A stretch of DNA of 64,000 nucleotides from Eledone cirrhosa (Eukaryota): the NCBI GenBank assembly GCA_964016885.1, contig OZ024741.1, forward strand, positions 334,242,001 through 334,306,000. Direction: 5' to 3'. Below, in pieces: positions 1 to 15,145 of the stretch. The notes under the pieces are model-generated. The model had not been told where the DNA came from. It saw only the letters and a program-made list of their open reading frames with translations, and did no database searches. Positions within the stretch are counted from its first letter, which is position 1. Every line of letters starts with the position of its first letter. The translations under genes and the position numbers were made by a program.

Positions 1-1186
1 TTGTTTCGGCCTGTATGTTGTGGCACCAACATAACTTTACATTGAAAGGGGCGGTGTGGATAGGGTGGGGTGGTGGGACGTTGGTGTATTTTGTTAGAGA
101 TGCCTACTGACGGTAGTAGGTTTACTTTGTATTTAGGTAAGGCGGGTCTTCTCTATTACTGAGTACCGCCAAAGATCTCGGTCCAGTGACATTGTCTTGG
201 AGAGGTGTAAGTGTGTGAGATCGGAATTTATCAGGACGTCCCAGGTTTTTCTGGGTCTGCCTACTCCGTGGCTACCGTCTATCTTTATTGCCCTGCACTT
301 TTTTATACAGCTGTCCTCTTTCATGCGCATCACGTGACCATACCAACGTAGCCTTCTCTTGAGTAAACAACATCTGATCCCTCTTATTTCTAATTGTTCC
401 CTTGCTTCGTTTATGCTTTGCCGTTCACGTATATTACTATTACACATCCAGCGGAGCATGCAAGCTTCATTCCTCTCTAGTCTGCGTATATCCTCTGCAT
501 ACAATGCAATTCCCAGGTCTCACTGCCATGCAACATTGCTGTTCGTATGCAGGCATCATACAGCCTGCCTTTCATTTTTAGGGAGAACCCTTTAGCGGCT
601 AATAGTGGTATAAGCTCTTTGAACTTTTTCCATCCAGTTCTGACTCTAGCTACTGTACTTTCAGACCACCCTCCCCCACTGCTGCTTTTATCACCCAGGT
701 AACGGAAGCTGTCCACTATTTCTATAGAAACCTCTGCGCAATTGAAAGAGCTAGTATTTTGTGGGCACCTGCTGCTACTTATTGCATCAGAGCACCGGCC
801 ACATCTATGTTCTTAGTTAGCTTACCTGTGATCCCACTACATCTTTTATGCACCCATACTTTGAATTTGGGACATAAAATGGAGTTTCTACCTACGCCTT
901 TCCTACACACTGAGCATGGTCATTTCCCGGAAGGGACCGGCGCCTTATTTTCTTTCCTACAAACTAGAACTTTAGTCTTAGCCAGGTTAATTTTAAGGCC
1001 TTTCGATTCTAGGCCGTGCTTCCATGTTTGGAATTTCTTCTCTAGCTCGGCCATTGATTCAGCTATGAGCGTTAGATCATCTGTGTATAGGAGTTCCCAT
1101 GGGCAGCCGGTCTTGAACTCCACTGTTATAGCCTGAAGGGCAATAATAAATAGTAGGGGGCTAAGAACAGAGCCCTGATGAACACC
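1..1186 (-). mobile_element. 5'-truncated, frameshifted RTE-clade LINE (RT C-terminal half plus 3' end)
   Basis: Minus-strand frames give [48 protein letters not shown] and GRPRKTW. Split over several frames and truncated at the (TA)n tract. Confidence 0.9.
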
Positions 1187-2025
<839 letters not shown>

Positions 2026-2146
2026 TTGGTAAACGGAATAGAAAATGCTGACAAATTGTTCACAGTTGAAAAATGGTTTAATTAGGAATAAAAGAGTATT
2101 AGTGATTGTATGGGTTAGTATTCAGTTGTGGTTTTAAGTTTTTAAG

Positions 2147-2184
2147 TTTTTACCGGTTGCGCATTTCTAAATGCTTTTCAAAAA
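2147..2184 (-). ncRNA. Degenerate minimal hammerhead motif (U3/A8 family, GAAA changed to GCAA)
   Basis: Minus strand reads ttt-TTGAAAA-GCATT taga AATGC-GCAA-CCGG-TA-aaa, the same layout as the motif at 5917-5954. Stem I is weak and A13 is mutated. Confidence 0.45.
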
Positions 2185-2556
2185 TAATTTTGAGATAGAT
2201 ATAATTTTGAGATAGATATATATATATACATATATATATATATACATATATATATAAATTGAAACAAAATGAAAACGAAATTTCATTTCTCACTCTTAGT
2301 ATGGCACTTACTTAAATGTAAGTATGCATGTATACGTACATACATATATGTATACAGACGTACAGTAGCATGCACATATATATATATATACACATATATA
2401 CATACATATGCATACAGGTACACATACATATATGCACGTATCAGTTTAGCGGCGCTAACGTCGCTTTGTTCGTTTGTAAATAAACTGAACAGCCTGAATT
2501 TATGCCATACGGTGTTAAGGCAACCACGTCACCTTTTTGTTCAACACTGACACAGG

Positions 2557-2601
2557 AACGATGTACTAGTTTCAAGCTTGTTAGCTATCATCAGCACCGT
2601 T
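2557..2601 (-). ncRNA. Minimal type I hammerhead ribozyme
   Basis: AACGGUG-CUGAUGA-U AGCU aaca AGCU U-GAAA-CUAG-UA-CAUCGUU: 7-bp stem I, intact core, palindromic ACUAGU stem III. Confidence 0.85.
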
Positions 2602-3022
2602 TACCCATCTGCCAGATAGTTGAACGTTCGAAAGTATATACTTTCCTTATGAAAATTAACGGCTGAGCAGCCTAATTTGCATATTGAGTGAGTTAAATCG
2701 GTCAGGCATACCGAAAACGATAAATTGAAACAAAATGAAAACGAAATTTCATTTCTCACTCTTAGTATGGCACTTACTTAAATGTAAGTATGCATGTATA
2801 CGTACATACATATATGTATACAGACGTACAGTAGCATGCACATATATATATATATATACATATATACATACATATGCATACAGGTACACATACATATATG
2901 CACGTATCAGTTTAGCGGCGCTAACGTCGCTTTGTTCGTTTGTAAACAAACTGAACAGCCTGAATTTATGCCATACGGTGTTAAGGCAACCACGTCACCT
3001 TTTTGTTCAACACTGACACAGG

Positions 3023-3067
3023 AACGATGTACTAGTTTCAAGCTTGTTAGCTATCATCAGCACCGTT
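3023..3067 (-). ncRNA. Minimal type I hammerhead ribozyme (second tandem copy)
   Basis: Identical to 2557-2601, offset by 466 bp. Confidence 0.85.
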
Positions 3068-3482
3068 TACCCATCTGCCAGATAGTTGAACGTTCGAAAG
3101 TATATACTTTCCTTATGAAAATTAACGGCTGAGCAGCCTAATTTGCATATTGAGTGAGTTAAATCGGTCAGGCATACCGAAAACGATAAATTGAAACAAA
3201 ATGAAAACGAAATTTCATTTCTCACTCTTAGTATGGCACTTACTTAAATGTAAGTATGCATGTATACGTACATACATATATGTATACAGACGTACAGTAG
3301 CATGCACATATATATATATATATACATATATACATACATATGCATACAGGTACACATACATATATGCACGTATCAGTTTAGCGGCGCTAACGTCGCTTTG
3401 TTCGTTTGTAAACAAACTGAACAGCCTGAATTTATGCCATATATATATACATATATATATATACATATATATATATACATAT

Positions 3483-4885
<1,403 letters not shown>

Positions 4886-6084
4886 TATACATTATGTCAA
4901 CACCACAATATGACATACACACACACACATAACACCTACTTTAGAAAATAAAAACCCGAACTAAATAAACCTTAAACATACGTTTGCACTGGCAATACAA
5001 CAGCAAACACGAAAAAGTCAGGAAAATATGTTCATTCAAAAATATTCCTACTAAAGGAATCATTTTCCTACACACACACATACACACACACAATATATAT
5101 ATATATATATATATATTCTCTTCATCTTAACATGCTAACCATACTCCCACACGCATAACACCCATACACACACATAAAAACCCCCACACCTACAACACCC
5201 TCCCCATTTCTACTAATAGAACCACTTTCCTACACACATATATATATACACACACACAAAAAATATATATTCTCTCTATCTAACATACTCGCACACACAC
5301 ACATAACACCCATATACACACACACACAACTCCCTCCCCCATCTCTACTAATAGAATCATCTTCCAATACACACATACACACACACACACATATACACAC
5401 ACACAAGCACACAAATAAACACATATCTTCAGTCTCAATAGAAAATCTGAACTCTGACACCTGAACTCTGACAGCTGGCCATATTCACTGAACCAGAACA
5501 TTTCTCCCAATCCCTTTTCCCTTGACCACTATCTCTCCATTGTCATAACATTCACTATAAACTACAGAATAGTTTTCCAAATAAGGGCGCAAAAATGTAA
5601 TGAAAACTTGTTCACGTGACAGCCAAATTTCATTTATAACCAACCAAAAAAAAGCCTTCGTGAGCCTCATTTTTTCAAGTAAAAAGAAATTCAAACACTC
5701 ATATATGAAAAAACAACCTGTGACAACCCCCCCCCCTCTCTTATTTGAAGAACTATTGTAACGCGAACTGGCGCGAAATTTATTATAATTATTGACAAAC
5801 CAATCAAATTACTTCTCGAAAAACCTGGTTTTCGAGCCAGTTTTTCCATATAAAACAAGTAACATTTAGAGACCAACCAGATGTGAGAAAAACCACAGAC
5901 CCTCCATCTCAACTCACCTTTTGAAAAGCAGAAGAACTGCGAAACCGGTAAAGGAACCAAATAAATATATATATTTTTAAAAAAATAAGACTTCAGTTGC
6001 ATTTTCGATTTCATCCCTTTTTCTTTATACTTCCACTCGTGTAGGACACCTCGGTTATTTTTCATTTTGTAAAAAAAACCTCAC

Positions 6085-6090
<6 letters not shown>
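4886..6090 (+). mobile_element. Probable 3' UTR/pLTR of the Neptune-type PLE
   Basis: Continues from the ORF stop to the next (TA)n tract. Contains CA-rich sub-repeats and a hammerhead motif near its end. Confidence 0.6.
5917..5954 (+). ncRNA. Minimal hammerhead with U3-A8 core variant
   Basis: CCUU-UUGAAAA-GCAG aagaa CUGC-GAAA-CCGG-UA-AAGG. Stems I and II pair perfectly and stem III is the palindrome ACCGGU. Confidence 0.7.
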
Positions 6091-6125
<35 letters not shown>

Positions 6126-6138
6126 CACACATATATAT

Positions 6139-6169
<31 letters not shown>

Positions 6170-6204
6170 TACATATACACTCATATATATATATACATAT
6201 ACAC

Positions 6205-6236
<32 letters not shown>

Positions 6237-6258
6237 ATATATATATATACATATACAC

Positions 6259-6290
<32 letters not shown>

Positions 6291-6350
6291 ATATATACAT
6301 ATACACATATATATATATATACATATACACATATATATATATATACATAT

Positions 6351-6395
<45 letters not shown>

Positions 6396-6438
6396 CATAT
6401 ACACACACATATATATATACATATATATATATACATAT

Positions 6439-6503
<65 letters not shown>

Positions 6504-6511
6504 CACATATA

Positions 6512-6544
<33 letters not shown>

Positions 6545-6600
6545 GTGTGTGTGTCTCTGTGCATATATATATATATAGTGTGTGTATGTATGTGCATGCT
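6091..6600. repeat. (TA)n/(TACA)n microsatellite
   Basis: Directly visible. Confidence 0.97.
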
Positions 6601-6880
6601 ATACAAAGTAATATATAATAGCGCAATGAAGGGGAGGTGCAGTACAGAATCTAATATTGCATACAGTAGTATGAGACAGTTTACTACATACAGTGTAGTT
6701 GTTTCATAACATCTATGCACCGTGTGGGTGCAGCTTTATGCCACAAGGCTGAAAACTCATGATTAAATTCCAATATCGTCATAATATTAACTTTTTGAAA
6801 TGTTCTTATTCTACTTTGCTGTGTTGCACTGCTTGCAGATATGGAAAAGTGATATTTAATTTAAGTAGTTTGTGGGTAAA

Positions 6881-7830
6881 TAATCGACGACTGTATCGGC
6901 ACCACCTCTCTATCACGTCAACTGCTCAACTGCTTTCTATCTTTTGTTCAATCTTTTCATCCTGCTCTCACCTTCACCACCTCCGTCTCCAATTCTTCTG
7001 TCCCTTTTCTTGATATCTCTCTCTCTATTGATAACACTCACCACACCCTCTCTACTTCCATCTCCTATAAAGCTACTGGCTCCCACTCTTACCTCGACTT
7101 CCGATCCTCCCATCCAACCCACACCAAACTCTCCATATCGTACTCCCAATTTCTCCGTCCTCGTTGGCTCTGTAGCAAGGATTACAATTTCGAAACCCAT
7201 TCCCTTTACATGGCCTCCTCCTTCATCCAGCATGGATATCCCCCCTCGAAGATGCTATCACCTGCGCACATGAAACTGACCATACCACAGCTCTCTCACC
7301 TCACCGGTGCCTTCCGAAAACCCACCTTCCTTTCCCCCTCACCTACCACCCCCATCACCCTACCTCTCCGGCAACATATTCTCCATTCCTTAAGCACCCT
7401 CTCTTCTGACCCCAACACTTCTCACTATTTTCTAACCCACCCATCACCGCATTTAAGCGCGCCCGTAACCTCTGCGATCTCCTGGTACGCAGTTGCTTCT
7501 CATCTTCTCACAGCTCCCAATGGTTCATTCCGTATCTGCTACTCCTTCACCTGCACCTCTACCCATGTTGTCTATGCTCTCTGGTGTTCATTTCCCGGGT
7601 CCTTATACATCGTATAAATGGGACGCCATTTGGCGGACTGTTTTACTGAACATTTGAGGGACATACAACTCGGTATGGATAGTCCCGTCATTTGTCATAT
7701 CCGTTCCCCATATCACTCTTCCCTACATGTCTCATGCCTGGGTGTCCTTTTACATCACAGATCATAGGCCTTGTGCACCAGGACTGAACAGAGTCTGATT
7801 TACAGCCTTGGATCCTGTTTCCGTTTCTTA
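6881..7830 (+). pseudogene. Decayed Penelope-like element remnant (RT end, thumb, GIY-YIG)
   Basis: Broken frames give IDDCIG, YKATGSHSYLDFRSSHPTHTKLSISYSQFLR, FIQHGYP and FTCTSTHVVYALWC..LYIV*MGRHLADCFTEHLRDI. Confidence 0.75.
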
Positions 7831-7923
7831 CAATCTTACTACCTGTAGAACACATGCTTGTGTGGAAAAAGGACACAAAACAGTGATGGTGGAGATCCAA
7901 TGCTGTTGAGGTTATCTTCTCAA

Positions 7924-8650
7924 ACAGTGGTTCCCAAACTTTCATTACCAAGGACTTTATTTATTTTCCTTTATTCCCCCTCTAGTCCCCAGCTGCAATT
8001 ACCCCCCCCCCCCCCCAACCGCCACCACCAACTACAATTACCCCACCCCATCCTTGATCGTTATACAGTAAGAATAACAATCAAAAGAGAGTAATATTTT
8101 CTGTTATAAGAAGATGTAGGAAGTTCAGACACAGAAAATAACTGCAATTACAGAAAGGTTGCTATAAAATAACTTAATAAAATCAGGTAAAGGACCCAAG
8201 AGATGGAAAAATGTTACCAGCAGCCACTACAGAGTTTGTTTCTTTGTAATGACTACTGGCAGCATTTTTCCATCGCTAAGGGTTTTTACCCGATTTTTAT
8301 AAGCTATTTTATATCAACTGTCTTTAATTGCAGTTATTTTCTGCATCTGAGATTCCTACATCTTCCTATAAATTCATTTCCTCGGTGCTTAGTCAGTTCG
8401 AAAATTCAATCTCCACTCACAACGTTTGTTTATGTTTTCCTTTATATTTAGAGAAGAATGGATACACAAATGTATCAAAATGTGTGTGTATATTATATTT
8501 AACATAGAATATAATTATTTAATATATGATTAACATTTAATAATATAACATAATATATATAATTTTTAACATGGTACTTGAAATTTTGAACTTAGTTGAA
8601 AGACTCCCACTGTCTGCTACCTTTGTGGACCCCAGACTGGCAACCACACT
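7924..8650. mobile_element. hAT/Charlie-like non-autonomous element containing an internal fold-back (8105-8370)
   Basis: Left end CAGTGGTTCCCAAACT, degenerate right end GGCAACCACACT. 8105-8200 is an imperfect inverted copy of 8280-8370. Confidence 0.45.
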
Positions 8651-9597
8651 ATTCTAAGACATCAGAAAATACTGTTTTAAAATTCTTGAAGCAGACTTCA
8701 GACACATATGAAAAAGCTGAACTTCATTCAAGCTTTCTTGTTAAAAGCTGAGGAATTTCTTTGTTGAACCCGACAAAGATGATGAAGGAATGCAGTAGGG
8801 GAAGGAATGCTGTGCTGGAAAACACCTGTCCAACCCATGCAATCATTGAAGAACCGACATAAAAAGATGATGATGATGTACGATGTAGAATATATTTTTC
8901 TCTTGAATTTACCGTTTTCAGATGTATTCTAAAAAGCTGAGATAGTAAATTGTAGACCAAATAACAGCTTGATTTTTGTTCAAACACAAAGGGGTTGTTA
9001 ATCAAAAGAAGTGAGCTCTTAGATCAATTTAAGATGAAGTAAACAATTCCTTTTAAGGCCTGGAAAGCTTTCTGTAACACCTAATGTGTGGTGGGTGATC
9101 AAACATGTTAGAAATTATTTCTTCTAATCAGAAAGATAAACACTCACACACAAACAGACATATGCATACACTCACATAAACACGCACATACACATGCAAA
9201 TATATGAACATGCACAAACACACATGTGCATACACTCACATAAACATAAATATGCACACACAAATATGTGAACACATACACTCATGTGCATACATTCACA
9301 CAAACACACACATGCACACGTAAACACAAATGCATACACCTAAACATAGGTACAGACCACATTCAGACTCACCCAAACATAAACACACACAAACACATCA
9401 CACACATAATACACATACAATACATACACACAGGCACAACAAAATGGAGGGAGTCCATATGAGGTGGCTTTCCTCGCTACTCTTATAAAGACTGTGTTTC
9501 GGTTCATTGGTGCAACAAAAATAATCCATTTCTTTACTACATTGTGACATGCGATGGAAAATGGATTCTACACAACAATAAATGATATTCATTATTT

Positions 9598-9828
9598 TTT
9601 AACATTTCAACCAGCCGTGTCCAGCCAGAATTCTCTCACCGCTTTCTGTTCAAACTATCCATAACCAGCCACTCATACCGATGTTAAGGTATTGTTCTCA
9701 AAATAAATAATATCAAAATCTCATAGATTTGAATAGATTTGATATTATGTGAGATAGTTATGTGAGGTAAAGCCTTTACTGTGAAAATACAATAGTAAAT
9801 ATAGAGTAATGTAAATGCTAAAGGGTTA
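9598..9828 (-). mobile_element. TTAA-flanked (piggyBac-type) MITE, copy of 31500-31718
   Basis: Reverse-complement match to 31500-31718. Ends AAATGCTAAAGGG-TTAA. Confidence 0.7.
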
Positions 9829-9834
9829 AAGGGG

Positions 9835-10260
9835 TTGGACCAAAATGGAGCTCCTAAACACTTCACAAACCCAAGATTGCACCAAAAGAATTTTATGGTG
9901 AATGTTTTGCGATCTGAAGCCAAATTAATCTACTGTAGTGAACTGTTGCCATAAATCAAAGAAATACATTAGTCAATAAAAAAAGGGTCCAATCCTATTG
10001 CATGACAATGTTTGACCACATATTGCACAACCATCAACAGTTGAACAAATTGGGTTATGAAACTCTACCTCATCTTTCACTAACTTATTGTCATTTTTTC
10101 AAGCATCTTGTCTTCTTGCAAGGAACAGTCTTCAACAACCAAACAGTCACAACAAATCCATTACCTATAGATCTTCAGAAGTCTATGTTACAAAATAAAA
10201 AACTTGTATTTTGTTGGCAAAAATGTTTAGACTCTAATAGTTTTATTTTGATCAATAAAG
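9835..10260 (+). pseudogene. Mariner transposase remnant (DD34D region)
   Basis: APKHFTNPRLHQKNFMV, HDNV*PH and LNKLGYETLPH..HFFKHL resemble the Hsmar1-type catalytic domain. Confidence 0.7.
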
Positions 10261-11985
10261 TTTATTCTGGACTCAGATATTTCGTTTTTACAATGATTGG
10301 CTGACCAAGATACTCTCATGGAATGACTAAATCAGGTTTATTTTTCACCATAGTCCCTGGAAAGAAACAATGCAGTTATTAATAGCAAGAGTGGATATTA
10401 ATGCTTGCAAGATCTCAAAGCTCTAGCATCACTCCTTTATAGTCAGCCTATGGACTTTTCAGCTGACCCTCGTAAATTAATGTTTGAAATCAGCATTAAT
10501 TTCTAAACAACCTGATAAAAATTTAATGCAATTTCGAAATTAGCTGCGCCATTCAGAAAACCAAAAGGGCTGGATACGGCTCATGGGCCACAATTTATTC
10601 ATGACTGCTTTAGATCTTTCAATTGACCAGACTCTCAGATGTCCTTATTATATATCACTGGTCACAATGAATTGACCAGACTATCTGCTCTCATTATACA
10701 TCACTGTTACATATGTATATGTGTTTGGCCATGTCTGTATTTACGTTTACTATTTGTTTATCTCCTATAACTTAGCAGCTCAGCAAAATGAGATCAATAA
10801 AATAAGTATTAGGCTTCAGAAAATAAGCCCTGGGGTTGATATGCTTGACTAAATCCATTCATCACCTATGTGTCACTATTATGCAGCATTGCACTTCACA
10901 CAGAGACATCATACAGTCAGCACCTTTCATTCATAAAAAGAAACCTTTTCTTGTCAACAGAGATATTAGCTCCCTGAACTTCTTCATCTCTCCAATCTTT
11001 TCTTATTCTAGCTAATATGCTCTCTACTGTTCATCATTTACCCCTCTATATCTGTCAACTACAACCAGCCCTGTGTATCTTCTAACTATTAAGGACTCCT
11101 CTGTATTTATCAATAACCAAATACTCATGTGCATCTGCCACATCAAAGGTCTACCTTTTCTGTCAGCTTACCAGCTAACTATTATCCCAACACACCTCTT
11201 GTGTATTCATATTTTACACTGTATAACATTTTATGCAGGCAGTATACCAGGATTTGTTCCACCACAAAACAACATTTACTTGAGAAATACAAAAATGTTA
11301 AAGCCTTGTTTCCAAGAAGAATAAAATATCTATGATTTGAATTCCAGTATTTGTTGTGTTTTCGTTATATTACTATAAGAAGAAACACAATGTTGTTCCA
11401 TAAAATGGGATAATTGCAACATTCACTGATTATAGGAACAGGATTCTAATTGACGAGGTAAGAAGCTTCTTCAAAGACAATATAACATACACTAGAGATT
11501 TCTCTCTTTTTTTTTTTAGTTTTCCAATTTATATACTTTGTGAATGGAATTGAAGATAGTCAGACTATCCTGATATTACATGATCATACAATAGGCTTCA
11601 GTTTGTAATTGCAGGCGATTTTAAGGAATATTTACGATAAGAATATATTCTAATTTTATTTTTTCTTCTGTTAGCTATTCATTTTGGTTTTGGATTATTT
11701 TTTCCCTCCTTTCTAATTTAGTATTTGTCTTTATGGATGAAATGTGTCGCCTATGTATTGGTTTTAATAACTCCTTCATTCCTTTGCCAATATCTATAGA
11801 CACACACACACACATACATATGCAATATACATACACTGTATAGCTAAATACAAATGTTACACAGACACACATATATACATATGTATGTATGTATGTATGT
11901 ATATATGTGTGGGTGTGCATATATATGTGTTTCTGTGTGAATGTATATATTTCTATTTGTATATGTATATATATATATATATATA

Positions 11986-13710
11986 TCATCATCATCATCA
12001 CCGTTTTACGTCCGTTCTTCCACACTAGCATGGGTTAGACGGGTTGTTCTGTTGTGGGCAGTAGCTGGTCGGCTGACCATGTCTTGCTCATACGGGAACT
12101 GATTCTGGCTTGATTTCTACAGCTGGATGCCCTTCCTAACACCAACCTCATTTACAGTGAGTGCTGGGTGCTTTTTTTCCGTGGCGCCTACACGTCCACT
12201 TTACAGTGTGGGCTGGGTGCTTTTTGGCCATGGCACCTCCACAACCACCTTGCAATGGGAGGGTGTGGGGGTATATTGTCTATAGGATTCAGCTTCGGCT
12301 TGTACCCATGGGGGGTCGGGTATTCTGTATTACTGCATGACGCCAGAGGTCACGGTCGTGTGTCATCGCCTTTGAGAAGCCTAATTGGGTAAGGTCGGCT
12401 TTTATCTCCTCATCCCAGGTCTTCTTGGGTCTCCCACTCTGCAGCTTCCATTAACTTCTAGTGCTCTGCACCTTTTAATGCAGCTGTCATCCTTCATATG
12501 CATCACATGTCCATACCAACGGAACCTCCTCTCCTGCACACAACATTTGATTCCTCTTATGCTCAGTCTCTCTCAATTCGTTTATGCTTTGCCATCGGAG
12601 TATGCAGGCTTCATTTCTTTCTAATCTATGCAAGTCTTCTACAGAGAGTGCCCAGGTCTCACTACCACGTAACATTGCTGTTCATATACACACATCATAC
12701 AGTCTGCCTTTTATTTTGAGGGAAAATCCTTTTGCAGCTAACAGTGACAGTGGCTCCCTGAACTTCTTCCATCCCATTCTTACCCTAGTTATTGTACTTT
12801 CCGAACACCCACTTGTGCTGTTAATTCGGTCCCCTAGGTAGCAGAAGCTGTCTACTGTTTCTACAAAGCCCCCCAGAGTTTGGTAGTGCTTGTTTCCTTG
12901 GCTGTTTGATAGCTACTGTCCCAGTGCAGCTGCTACATGTGAAGACTATATTCTTAGTTAAGCTTCCTGAGATCCCACTACATTTCTTGTATACCCATTG
13001 TTTGCATTTGGGGCAGAGGATGGAGTTCTTACCTACACCTTTCCTACATACTGAGCAAGGCCATTTCCATCAGGGGATCTGGGTTCTGTTTTCTCGTCTA
13101 CTTACAAGGACCTTAGTCTTTGTCAGGTTGACTTTGAGACCCTTTCTTTCTAGTCCCTGCTTCCATGTTTGGAATTTCTTCTCTAGTTCTAACATAGATT
13201 CAGCTATAAGTTCGAAGTCATCTGCATACAGGAGTTCCCATGGGCATCCGGTCTTAAACTCCCCGTTATTGCCTGCAAAACTATGATGAACAGGAGAGGG
13301 CTAAGAACAGAGCCCTGGTGGACACCGACCTGTATGCTAAATTCCTCGCTATAGTCATTGCTAATCCTGACTGCTCCCCTATACATGGCTTGTACAGCTT
13401 TCACAAGCCATCTAATCCTAGTTTTCTAAGAGCCCACCAGATTATAGCACGGGGAACTCTGTCAAAGGCTTTCTCCAGATCGACAAATGCCAGGTAGAGC
13501 GGCTTACTTTTAGCTTGGTACTTTTGCTGTAACTGCCTCACAAGGAAGAGGGCATTAGTGGTGCCTTTTCCTGGCACAAACCCAAATTGCATCTCATCTA
13601 GTTTCCCCCAGTCCCTAATTAACTGTGCTATAACTCTTTGTTACTTCCATGACCTGGTCCATCAGCTTTATACCTCTATAGTTTCCTCTATCTACTGCAT
13701 CACCTTATAT
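11986..13710 (-). mobile_element. 5'-truncated RTE LINE with 3' UTR and (GAT)n tail
   Basis: [39 protein letters not shown] and MLRGSETW. (CAT)n at the left end. Same family as 1-1186. Confidence 0.9.
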
Positions 13711-13744
13711 ATATTTGTGTATGAATATATATATATGTATGTAT

Positions 13745-14290
13745 GTCAGGTCACTCTTCAGCGCTACTGCCAACATGTATCCAAGTACAACCTATGCATC
13801 ATTAGGTCATCGGCGAATAAACGAGCAACCCCAATGAGCTTGCTTGGTCAGGAGGGTGATTTTGGATAACCTGTTGGATGAAACACAAAACCCATCAAAG
13901 AATGGAGGAATGCAGGAGAGTCAATGGAATCCAATAAAGCTTTTTTTTTAGGGGGGGGGGGAGTCAAGTGAAAGACCCCTAGTCTTCAGTGAGACATCTC
14001 TCTAGGAGAAAATCACTCTTATATGAAACCTTCAATTTCATTTGCATCCAATAATGTAGACTAGTTCTGCTTTTTGGGGTAAATGCATTCAATGTTCAGA
14101 GAGTGGGATTTGCCCTGTGCAAAGCCTTTCTTCAATTTAAAAAAACTTCAAGTACAGTCATCACTTGATATGTGACTTTTTTGCGATGCATGGCATGGTT
14201 GGACTTAGGTAAATCCCTAGCATGACTAAAATTCAAAGTCCGTGTTGCTCTTGCTTTAGCATCAAGCGATCACAATATTTGAAATTGAGT
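13745..14290 (+). mobile_element. Diverged relative of the ~600-bp bipartite RTE-derived element
   Basis: Aligns by eye to 43855-44460 (GTCAGGTCAC..AACATGTATCC..GGAGGGTGA..GAGTGGGA). Confidence 0.65.
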
Positions 14291-14316
14291 TGCAGCTATC
14301 GTATATATATATATGC

Positions 14317-14350
<34 letters not shown>

Positions 14351-14398
14351 TTAGGCATTATATATATGTATGTATACATAACTGTGAGTATATATATG

Positions 14399-14430
<32 letters not shown>

Positions 14431-14431
<1 letters not shown>

Positions 14432-14812
14432 GAGGGTAATCCCAAAAGTAAGGTCTCCAAAGCGATGGGGACGCAGAGAAACTGTTCATACGGTTGTTGG
14501 CAACACTGTTGTGATTGGTGCTCCCTTCACTCCCAAACAAGCATGCGCGCGCTTCGCTGGGATGCTCAATCTTGGTTGGCAGCCATTGAGAATGGAGCTC
14601 CCGTTGAACACTACCACCAAGTGCGAATTTCGCGCAGTTATTATATATGAGGGTACTCCCAAAAGTAAGGTCTCCTTCCGAGGAAAGTTCGGCGGATCAC
14701 TCTGGATGCTCTCTGCATTTTGGTACCTGAGGTTTCCCGAAGCACCATCCACAGGATTTTAATGGAAAAGTTGCAATATCGGAAGGAGACCTTACTTTTG
14801 GGATTGCCCTTG
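14431..14812 (+). mobile_element. Mariner-derived MITE with duplicated left TIR
   Basis: TIR TGAGGGTAATCCCAAAAGTAAGGTCTCC at 14431 and 14648, inverted at 14785-14812, with TA flanks. Internal MELPLNTTTKCEFRAVI and RSTIHRILMEKLQYRK resemble a transposase N-terminus. Confidence 0.75.
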
Positions 14813-15102
14813 TATATATATATATATATATATATATAAACGGAAAAAATGAAACGAAATTTCATTTCCCACTCTTAGTACGGCTGTTACTAAAATATAA
14901 GTATGTATATGTACATACATATATGTATACAGACATACAGTAGTATGTATATATATATACATACATGCACACAGATATATATGTATGTATGGATTCACCG
15001 AACATTTATTATAATGCTCGGTGTGTTTGTAAACAAACATCCCATATTAAGCAGTAGTGTCTAGCAACCATCATTGCTCGTTTGTTCAACACTGACAAAG
15101 GA

Positions 15103-15145
15103 ATGCTGTACTAGTTTCAAGCTTATTAGCTATCGTCAGCAACGT
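15103..15145 (-). ncRNA. Minimal hammerhead ribozyme (one stem I mismatch)
   Basis: ACGUUG-CUGACGA-UAGCU aaua AGCUU-GAAA-CUAG-UA-CAGCAU. Confidence 0.75.

Larger units (their letters stand above)
2255..3440 (-). mobile_element. About 2.5 tandem copies of a 466-bp non-coding unit, one hammerhead per full copy (retrozyme-like or PLE pLTR-like)
   Basis: Units start at 2255, 2721 and 3187 and are near-identical. Flanked by (TA)n. A related family lies at 14838-16155. Confidence 0.85.

Noticed and set aside
2269-3016. Duplicated 93-aa [11 protein letters not shown].. in the 466-bp unit
   Set aside because: Crosses an internal microsatellite, is not conserved in the 419-bp subfamily and lies antisense to the ribozyme.
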